A stretch of 33,508 bases of DNA, from assembly GCA_017988595.1 (NCBI GenBank), contig JAGNRR010000001.1:1-33508 (forward strand). The letters run 5' to 3'. The translations under genes and the position numbers were made by a program. The number at the start of each line of letters is the position of its first letter. Positions within the stretch are counted from its first letter, which is position 1. The notes beneath the pieces were generated by a model that made no database searches, was not told where the DNA came from, and saw only the letters and a list, made by a program, of their open reading frames with translations. This document shows positions 10,197-16,650 of the stretch, piece after piece. This DNA is from Chitinophagaceae bacterium. GTDB lineage: Bacteria; Bacteroidota; Bacteroidia; Chitinophagales; Chitinophagaceae.

Positions 10197-10310
10197 TTTT
10201 TGCATTTAAAAAATAAATACTCTAATAATTTTACAAATAAATGAACGCAGAAAATGGCTCTGTAACTTATGAATCAAAGCTTCAAGCATTTATTTTAAAT
10301 GTAGTAGATT

Positions 10311-10339
10311 AAAAAAAAATCCCTACCAAAAAGGTAGGG
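10311..10339 (-). terminator. rho-independent terminator of ahcY
   Basis: CCCTACC-AAAAA-GGTAGGG hairpin (10321-10339). On the minus strand it is followed by A plus T9. It sits 74 bp downstream of the ahcY stop. Confidence 0.7.
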
Positions 10340-10412
10340 ATAATTTTTCTATTATTTTCTTGATTAAAGAATAATGAAAATCAATTCAACATTCTCAATT
10401 CATAATTCAAAA

Positions 10413-11747
10413 TTAATAACGATACATTTCTGGTTTAAATGGACCTTCTTTTGGAATGCCTAAATATGCAGATTGTTCTGCTGTTAATTCATCCAATACT
10501 ACCCCAATTTTTGCAAGGTGCAAACGAGCCACTTTTTCATCTAATTTTTTAGGTAATACATAAACTTTGTTTTCATATTTATCCGAATTTGTCCAAAGTT
10601 CTATTTGTGCCAATGTTTGGTTTGAGAATGAATTGCTCATCACAAAACTTGGATGTCCTGTTGCACAACCCAAATTTACCAATCTTCCTTCAGCCAACAC
10701 AATCACATCTTTTCCGTCAATAGTATATTTATCTACTTGTGGTTTGATGGTATCTTTTGTATTTCCATAATTATCATTAAGCCAAGCCATATCAATTTCG
10801 ATATCAAAATGTCCGATATTACAAACAATAGCTTTATCTTTCATAGCACGGAAATGTTTTTCTGTAATCAAATCTCTACATCCTGAAGCGGTAACAATGA
10901 TGTCTGCTTCTTTTACAGCATCAATCATTTTTTTCACTTCAAATCCGTCCATAGCTGCTTGCAATGCACAAATTGGGTCAATTTCTGTAACGATAACTCG
11001 GCAACCTGCACCTTGCAAACTTGCTGCACTTCCTTTACCCACATCACCATAAGAACCTACAACAGCTACTTTACCAGCCATCATCACATCGGTAGCTCTA
11101 CGAATAGAATCTACTAAAGATTCTTTACATCCATATTTATTATCAAATTTTGATTTTGTAACGCTATCATTTACATTAAATGCTGGCATTGGCAACGTTC
11201 CATTTTCCATTCTTTCATACAATCGATGAACGCCTGTTGTGGTTTCTTCGCTCAATCCTCTAATGCCAGCAACTAATTCTGGATATTGGTCTATAACCAT
11301 ATTAGTTAAATCGCCACCATCGTCCAAAATCATGTTTAATGGTTTATCGGCACTTCCAAAAAATAAGGTTTGCTCAATACACCAATCTGCTTCTTCTTGT
11401 GTTTGTCCTTTCCAAGCATAAACACCAATTCCTGCTGCTGCAATGGCTGCTGCTGCTTGATCTTGTGTAGAAAAAATGTTGCAAGAACTCCATTTTACTT
11501 CTGCACCCAAATCTATTAAAGTTTCAATAAGTACCGCAGTTTGAATTGTCATGTGAAGACATCCTGCAATACGAGCACCAGCTAGTGGTTTTTGTCCTGC
11601 ATATTCTGCTCTTAATGACATTAAACCGGGCATTTCTGCTTCGGCTAATAAAATTTCTTTTCGTCCCCAAGCGGCCAAGCTCATGTCGGCTACTTTGTAA
11701 GGAATGCTAAAGTCAATTGTTGATTTTGTTGTTGTATCTGTTGACAT
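10413..11747 (-). CDS. ahcY: adenosylhomocysteinase (S-adenosyl-L-homocysteine hydrolase)
   Basis: The whole length looks like Ahc[21 protein letters not shown], a GYGDVGKG-like NAD site ([10 protein letters not shown]), HFDIEID, and the characteristic C-terminal ...PEMYRY. Confidence 0.95.
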   Translation of the reverse strand: MSTDTTTKSTIDFSIPYKVADMSLAAWGRKEILLAEAEMPGLMSLRAEYAGQKPLAGARIAGCLHMTIQTAVLIETLIDLGAEVKWSSCNIFSTQDQAAAAIAAAGIGVYAWKGQTQEEADWCIEQTLFFGSADKPLNMILDDGGDLTNMVIDQYPELVAGIRGLSEETTTGVHRLYERMENGTLPMPAFNVNDSVTKSKFDNKYGCKESLVDSIRRATDVMMAGKVAVVGSYGDVGKGSAASLQGAGCRVIVTEIDPICALQAAMDGFEVKKMIDAVKEADIIVTASGCRDLITEKHFRAMKDKAIVCNIGHFDIEIDMAWLNDNYGNTKDTIKPQVDKYTIDGKDVIVLAEGRLVNLGCATGHPSFVMSNSFSNQTLAQIELWTNSDKYENKVYVLPKKLDEKVARLHLAKIGVVLDELTAEQSAYLGIPKEGPFKPEMYRY

Positions 11748-11864
11748 ATAATTGTTTTTTGTGGCACAAAGATATAATTAAAGAATATTATACTGAAATA
11801 TTTTAAAAAATAAGTAAAAAATATAAATTATCTTTATTTTTACAGAAAATAAAACTTTTTAGCA

Positions 11865-12362
11865 ATGCAAAAAAATAGTCTAACAGAAAATAAAACTATG
11901 GCATCATTTTCCCTTGATGAAAAAGATAAAATGATTTTGAAATTATTACAGCAAAATGCAAAAATAACCGTGAACGAAATTTCACAAAAAATAAACCTTA
12001 GCGCATCGCCCATTCATGAACGGATAAAAAGAATGGAACAACAAGGCATTATTGAGCGATATACTACAAGACTTAATAGCTCAAAACTGCATCGAAATCT
12101 TATGGTGATTTGTTATGTATCGCTCAAAGAACATAGCAAAAATGCGGGCACAAAATTTATAAAAAGTATTTTGGCAATGCCCGAAGTAATTGAATGTTAC
12201 AGCATCAGTGGCGAATTTGATTTTATGCTCAAAGTGGTTGGCGAAAGCATGGAAAAATATTACGATTTCCACGTAAACAAACTGAGCCAAGCCGAAAATG
12301 TAGGACATATCCAAAGCACTTTTGTGATGGGAAAAATTAAAGAAAGTAGGTTGGATTTTTAA
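11865..12362 (+). CDS. Lrp/AsnC family transcriptional regulator
   Basis: N-terminal HTH (LDEKDKMILKLLQQNAKITVNEISQKINLSASPIHERIKRMEQQGII) plus a C-terminal RAM/AsnC_trans_reg-like domain. The true start may be the second ATG at 11898 (MASFSLDEKD). Confidence 0.85.
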   Translation: MQKNSLTENKTMASFSLDEKDKMILKLLQQNAKITVNEISQKINLSASPIHERIKRMEQQGIIERYTTRLNSSKLHRNLMVICYVSLKEHSKNAGTKFIKSILAMPEVIECYSISGEFDFMLKVVGESMEKYYDFHVNKLSQAENVGHIQSTFVMGKIKESRLDF

Positions 12363-12383
12363 TAAAAAAACATTGCAAAAAAA

Positions 12384-12413
12384 ATAAAGGAATAAAAATT
12401 ATTATTCCTTTAT
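12384..12413 (-). terminator. AT-rich hairpin terminator between the convergent Lrp-family gene and lpdA
   Basis: AAAGGAATAA (12386-12395) pairs with TTATTCCTTT (12402-12411). On the minus strand the hairpin is followed by a T8 run (the A-run at 12377-12384). It is weaker as a plus-strand terminator. Confidence 0.55.
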
Positions 12414-12442
12414 TTAAACTGATTTTCATAATAAATAGAAAA

Positions 12443-13849
12443 TTAAATATCTACTGCTTCGCCATAAGCTGCGGCTGTAGCTTCTTTCACGCCTTCGCTC
12501 ATTGTTGGATGCGGATGCACTGTATTTAATACTTCTTGATAAGTGGTTTCTAAAGTTCTTCCTAAAACAGCTTCAGCAATCATATCTGTTACACCTGCGC
12601 CTATCATGTGAGTGCCTAACCATTCGCCATATTTAGCATCATAAATTACTTTTACAAATCCTTCGGTATATCCTGAAGCTGCTGCTTTTCCGCTTGCTAC
12701 AAAAGGAAATTTTCCTACTTTTAACTCATAGCCTGTATCTTTTGCTTGTTGTTCGGTATAGCCAACACTTGCAATTTCAGGATGGCAATACGTGCAACCT
12801 GGAATATTTCCATAATCAATTGGTTTTGGTTTATGTGCAAATTTCTTTTCGCCAAAAGCAATATTTTCTGCACAAAGAATGGCTTCTTTGCTAGCCACAT
12901 GCGCCAAAGCTTGTGTAGGCAATGCATCGCCAATGGCATAAATACCCGGAACATTTGTTTGACAATATTCGTCAACTACAATTTTTCCTTTTTCAGTTTT
13001 TACACCCAAGGTTTCTAATCCTATATTTTCAATATTTGAAACCACACCAACTGCACTCAACACCACATCGGCTTCTAAAACCACTTCACCTTTTTCTGTT
13101 TTTACAGTTGCTTTTACACCATTTCCGCTAATATCCACTTTTTCTACACTCGAATTTAGCATGATTTCAATGCCTTGTTTTTTAAATTGTTTTGCCAATT
13201 CTTTTGAAATATCTTCATCTTCTACAGGCACAATTCTTGGCATAAATTCTACAATGGTAACTTTTGTACCAACAGAATTATAAAAATGTGCAAACTCTAC
13301 TCCAATTGCGCCGCTTCCTACCACAATCATCGATTTTGGCATGCTTGGCAACACCATTGCTTCTCTGTATCCGATTACTTTTTTTCCATCAATTGGCAAA
13401 TTGGGCAATTGTCTTGCTCTTCCGCCTGTGGCAATTATAATGTGTTTTGCATCGTAAGTTGTTGTTGTTCCTTCAGTGTTGGTTACATCCACTTGACCCT
13501 TAGATTTCAATTTTCCATAACCCATGATGACATCAATTTTATTTTTTTTCATCAAAAATTGAACACCTTTACTCATTCTATCTGCCACACCTCGACTTCT
13601 ATTTATCATTCCGCTAAAATCTGCAGTAGGATTATCTAATTTTACTCCATAGTCTGCCGCATGTTTTACATATTCAAAAACTTGTGCGCTTTTCAACAAC
13701 GCTTTTGTGGGAATACAACCCCAGTTTAAACATACACCACCCAAACTTTCTTTTTCGATAACTGCTGTTTTAAAACCCAATTGCGAAGCACGAATTGCTG
13801 CAACATATCCACCAGGACCGCTTCCTATTACTATGACATCATAATTCAT
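12443..13849 (-). CDS. lpdA: dihydrolipoyl dehydrogenase (E3 component)
   Basis: FAD site GSGPGGY, redox-active disulfide motif GGVCLNWGCIPTK, NAD site GSGAIGVEFA, and a C-terminal HPHPT dimerisation motif. Confidence 0.95.
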   Translation of the reverse strand: MNYDVIVIGSGPGGYVAAIRASQLGFKTAVIEKESLGGVCLNWGCIPTKALLKSAQVFEYVKHAADYGVKLDNPTADFSGMINRSRGVADRMSKGVQFLMKKNKIDVIMGYGKLKSKGQVDVTNTEGTTTTYDAKHIIIATGGRARQLPNLPIDGKKVIGYREAMVLPSMPKSMIVVGSGAIGVEFAHFYNSVGTKVTIVEFMPRIVPVEDEDISKELAKQFKKQGIEIMLNSSVEKVDISGNGVKATVKTEKGEVVLEADVVLSAVGVVSNIENIGLETLGVKTEKGKIVVDEYCQTNVPGIYAIGDALPTQALAHVASKEAILCAENIAFGEKKFAHKPKPIDYGNIPGCTYCHPEIASVGYTEQQAKDTGYELKVGKFPFVASGKAAASGYTEGFVKVIYDAKYGEWLGTHMIGAGVTDMIAEAVLGRTLETTYQEVLNTVHPHPTMSEGVKEATAAAYGEAVDI

Positions 13850-13935
13850 ATTGTATCTATTTTTATTAGTTTATGAAAGCAAATATAAAACAAAGTAATT
13901 TAGAAATTAAATGAATGTTTTTCTATTTTAAGAAA

Positions 13936-14583
13936 TCAATTTTCAAAAAACTTCAAGGCTTTTTTTTGCAATCTTGCAGCACCTTCAAAATAATGTCTCA
14001 TGGCATTTTTTTTCATAAAATTGCCTTTTTTACTTACGATGACATCGGTGAATCTCATTTTGCCATGCAGGGCTTCAAATTTTTCATTGTATAATATTAT
14101 ACCATAATTATTGGTAGAAGTAACTTCGCTACTATATACATATTGTTGTGCTCTGGCGTCCCAAAATTCTTTTGCTTGCAAATTAGTGTCGGCAGGATAA
14201 AATCCAATATCTGCAAAATAAAAATTATTTATTCCTATGGCTTCTATTTTTTTTTCTTTTTCAAAAGATTCAGCATCATAAAAAGTCATCTTTTCCCATT
14301 GATTTTTTTGTGCCAAATCGTAATCACTATCATAAAAAAAATAAACAGGACAATAGGTAAAATTTTCTTTGAAATCTCTTACAATTTCTTTGTTATAAGC
14401 CCTATCATCTTCTTGCACTTCTTTCACTTGATCGGCAGAACCATATTTTTTTAAATACTCAATTTTTCTAGTCGATGTTCTCAATTTAAATAAAATAACG
14501 GTTGGCTTACTATAGCTTGTATTTTGAGCAAAAGAAATTTCTACTATAGAAAATAAATAAATAAATAAGAAAATATATTTCAT
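13936..14583 (-). CDS. secreted hypothetical protein (215 aa)
   Basis: ORF with a signal peptide (IFLFIYLFSIVEISFAQ). I recognise no family. Confidence 0.55.
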   Translation of the reverse strand: MKYIFLFIYLFSIVEISFAQNTSYSKPTVILFKLRTSTRKIEYLKKYGSADQVKEVQEDDRAYNKEIVRDFKENFTYCPVYFFYDSDYDLAQKNQWEKMTFYDAESFEKEKKIEAIGINNFYFADIGFYPADTNLQAKEFWDARAQQYVYSSEVTSTNNYGIILYNEKFEALHGKMRFTDVIVSKKGNFMKKNAMRHYFEGAARLQKKALKFFEN

Positions 14584-14695
14584 CGCTTGTCAAAAATACA
14601 AAAAAAAATGAAATCTATTTTTTTATAAACGAACTCGATATTAATCCTGTGGTTTTTGTCCTCACAAATCAAGTTTAATAATTCAAAAAGCAAGT

Positions 14696-14731
14696 TAAAA
14701 AAAAATCGATTGGTTTGTGAGTCACAAACCA
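14696..14731 (-). terminator. perfect 21-bp palindrome TGGTTTGTGA-G-TCACAAACCA; on the minus strand it is followed after 5 nt by T10 (orphan terminator-like hairpin, or a dimeric operator)
   Basis: Arms at 14711-14720 and 14722-14731 are exact reverse complements. The A10 run at 14696-14705 reads as T10 on the minus strand. No minus-strand gene lies upstream of it. Confidence 0.4.
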
Positions 14732-14757
14732 CGGAAGAACCCTCCAAATAACTGTTA

Positions 14758-14925
14758 GTTGCTGTTTCAACAACATTTATTTCTGTTTCAATAACATTTG
14801 TTGCTGTTTCAACAATATTTGTTGCTATCGCACTCACATTAGTTGCTATTGCACTCAAATTAGTTGCTCTCGCAGTCACATTAGTTGCTCTCGCACAAAG
14901 ATTAGTTGCTGTCGCACAAAATAAA
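14758..14925. repeat. eight head-to-tail 21-bp iterons (GTTGCT at 14758, [TTTCT variant at 14779], 14800, 14821, 14842, 14863, 14884, 14905)
   Basis: The period is exactly 21 bp. There are two subfamilies: GTTGCTGTTTCAACAAYATTT (units 1-3) and GTTGCT(A/C/G)TCGCA(C/G)(T/A)(C/A)A(C/A/G)ATTA (units 4-7), with unit 8 degenerate at its end (AAATAAA). Confidence 0.92.
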
Positions 14926-14961
14926 TCGTGTCTCTGTCTTGAGAAATTGCATTTATGTGCT

Positions 14962-14969
14962 TATTTTTG
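14962..14969 (+). promoter_or_regulatory. candidate Bacteroidota -7 box (TATTTTTG) for the HTH gene
   Basis: It matches the TAnnTTTG consensus 26 nt upstream of ATG 14995, and a TTG lies about 15 nt further upstream (14947-14949). This is a motif match only. Confidence 0.4.
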
Positions 14970-14994
14970 GGTACTAAACCATAATTTATTAGAT

Positions 14995-15336
14995 ATGTTT
15001 AGTCTAAACCTAAAACAATTGTTGCTCGAAAAGGGAATAGTGAAACCTCACGCTTGGCTGTGCAAGCAAGGCATACAAAGCCCTATGGCGCATAAGCTAT
15101 TGAACAACAAATACCACAAATTGGATTTTCGTATCTTTAATATCCTTTGCACCAAAGCGCATTGCACCCCAAATGACATCTTAACTTGGACACCCGATGC
15201 ACCCTTGCCCGATATGAGCCAACATCCCTTGCAAGCCCTTGCCCCAAAAACGCCCCTGGACATTAGCAAAAAATTGCTTACCCTAAGTGCCGAAAAATTG
15301 GAAGCCGTGAATAAATTGATTGATGGAAGTGAATAA
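14995..15336 (+). CDS. Cro/C1-type (XRE family, HTH_26-like) helix-turn-helix protein
   Basis: MFSLNLKQLLLEKGIVKPHAWLCKQGIQSPMAHKLLNN...NILCTKAHCTPNDILTW fits the short Cro/C1 HTH pattern. I prefer ATG 14995 to the track's TTG 14947. GC is about 52% (31/60 and 32/60 on two lines I counted), against about 28% in the flanks. Confidence 0.8.
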   Translation: MFSLNLKQLLLEKGIVKPHAWLCKQGIQSPMAHKLLNNKYHKLDFRIFNILCTKAHCTPNDILTWTPDAPLPDMSQHPLQALAPKTPLDISKKLLTLSAEKLEAVNKLIDGSE

Positions 15337-15458
15337 TGATGAATTTAGAATTAAGAATTTAGAATTAATTACTAAATTTTGAAGATAATGAAATTTAATT
15401 ATTTTATTGTTTTAAAAAATAGAAGCCTTATATTTGAATATTAAAATCAAAAAAAGCA

Positions 15459-16589
15459 ATGGCTAATTTTTTCAAATATCTATTATTGTGTTCCACACTT
15501 AGTCTCATCATTGTGTCTTGTGGAAAAAAGCAAAGCCCAGATGAACCTTTTCCTATTTTTCATGAAAATGCAATTTATGTACCTACAGATAATGGAAAAG
15601 TAATTGTTTATAATCCAGAAACAGGCGCTAGAAAATATGAAATCAATGTAACAGGAAACTGTGTTGGCGCACCAGTTGTGGCTAACGATTATTTATACAT
15701 TGGCACCGATCAAAAAAAATTGTATTGTGTAGATTTATATACGCATAAAATAATTTGGGAAAAAACAACCAATGCACCAATTATTGGTGCATTAGCTACA
15801 AACGGCACGGTGGTTTATGTACCTACTAATAATTTAATTTGTTATGATAGCACAGGAACTGTAGTTTGGACATACACAGGTGGCGCTCAACCAGCATCTG
15901 GACCACAATATGTACCTGCAAATACTACAATTTTAACAAACCGAATCTATATTGCTATAGATGATAAAGTACATTGTGTGCAAGATAATGGTACAGGAAT
16001 TTGGCAATCAGCACCTGCTACTGCGCCAATAGTTTCTGCTGTGAATGTGAGCGAAGATTTTGTTTATTACGGTTCTGATGACAAAAAAATATATAAAATA
16101 AATGCTTCAAGTGGCACAGCAGTTTGGAATTATACTACAAGTGATGATGTAAAATCTTCGCCATTAGTTTATGGAGGAATGTGTATTGCGGGTAATGATG
16201 ACAATTATATTTATGATGTTGATGTGCCTTCTGGTTTGCTACGTTGGAAATTTAAAACAGAAAGCTTAGTTCGTTCTTCGCCTACTGTGCATGCACCAAG
16301 CAATACCATTTTAGTTGGTTCAAATGATTATAACTTATATGCACTTGATCATATCAATGGCACATTAAAATGGAAATATGCTACAGCTTCATTAATCGTT
16401 TCGTCGCCAGTAGTGCAAGGAAATAATGTATACTTTACATCATTTGATAATTACTTATATAGTGTTGATGCACGTTTAGGAACTTTAAATTGGAAACGTT
16501 CTTTAGATTTTCATTCAACAGGCTCTACTGTTATTGATATTGATAGCACACAATTTTATCCTGGAAATAGTGGCATGAGCACATTTTAA
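15459..16589 (+). CDS. PQQ-like (BamB-type) beta-propeller repeat lipoprotein
   Basis: Lipobox (LIIVSCGKK). Strand motifs of PQQ-like propellers repeat throughout (VYVPT, LYCVD...G...W, IYKINASSGTAVWNY, LYALDHINGTLKWKY, LYSVDARLGTLNWK). Confidence 0.8.
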   Translation: MANFFKYLLLCSTLSLIIVSCGKKQSPDEPFPIFHENAIYVPTDNGKVIVYNPETGARKYEINVTGNCVGAPVVANDYLYIGTDQKKLYCVDLYTHKIIWEKTTNAPIIGALATNGTVVYVPTNNLICYDSTGTVVWTYTGGAQPASGPQYVPANTTILTNRIYIAIDDKVHCVQDNGTGIWQSAPATAPIVSAVNVSEDFVYYGSDDKKIYKINASSGTAVWNYTTSDDVKSSPLVYGGMCIAGNDDNYIYDVDVPSGLLRWKFKTESLVRSSPTVHAPSNTILVGSNDYNLYALDHINGTLKWKYATASLIVSSPVVQGNNVYFTSFDNYLYSVDARLGTLNWKRSLDFHSTGSTVIDIDSTQFYPGNSGMSTF

Positions 16590-16620
16590 AAAATAAAAAA
16601 ATATTAATTTTTATAAAAAA

Positions 16621-16642
16621 AAGCAAAACGAAAGTTTTGCTT
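16621..16642. terminator. bidirectional terminator between the convergent propeller gene and uvrA
   Basis: AAGCAAAAC-GAAA-GTTTTGCTT hairpin flanked by an A-run upstream and a T-run downstream. Confidence 0.7.
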
Positions 16643-16650
16643 TTTTTGTT

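Noticed and set aside
10241-10312. 23-codon ORF (MNAENGSVTYESKLQAFILNVVD) in the ahcY/barrel spacer, ending at the terminator hairpin
   Set aside because: It is too short, has no recognisable ribosome-binding or promoter context, and has no family I know. I mention it only under the spacer finding.
12694-13639. Several 66-117-aa ORFs on both strands inside lpdA, and similar shadow ORFs inside gene 1, acs, ahcY, uvrA, kdsD, the VWA gene and gldM
   Set aside because: They lie fully within strongly supported genes, have low-complexity or Phe/Leu/Ile/Cys-rich translations and no motifs. They are typical antisense or off-frame shadows in AT-rich DNA.
14247-14256. T10 (A10 on the coding strand) homopolymer inside the 215-aa gene, as a possible phase-variation tract
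   Set aside because: It encodes a sensible EKEKKIE stretch in frame, and homopolymer runs of this length are common throughout this AT-rich window. There is no evidence of variation from a single sequence.
14580-14879. 99-aa minus-strand ORF (MTARATNLSAIATNVSAIATN...) from the ORF track
   Set aside because: Its first half is just the 21-bp iteron array read as a 7-aa repeat. Its second half runs through AT-rich intergenic sequence and across the palindrome/T-run, and it overlaps the start of the next gene. It is most likely an artefact of a stop-free repeat unit.
14758-14925. Possible CRISPR array
   Set aside because: The units are contiguous, with a 21-bp period and no unique spacers. They are degenerate and no cas genes are present.
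14752-14994. The iteron array is open in the same + frame as the HTH gene (VAVSTTFISVSITFVAVSTIFVAIALTLVAIALKLVALAVTLVALAQRLVAVAQNK...), which suggests a hydrophobic N-terminal extension
   Set aside because: There is no ATG/GTG/TTG in that frame before 14947, only a CTG at 14752 right after a TAA. A good -7 box lies inside the putative extension, and the repeat is also open on the opposite strand. I treat it as non-coding, although proteomics could revisit this.
15341-15368. Tandem 14-bp duplication GAATTTAGAATTAA x2 just after the HTH gene stop
   Set aside because: It is a two-copy, very AT-rich low-complexity duplication in a spacer, with nothing to distinguish it from slippage noise.
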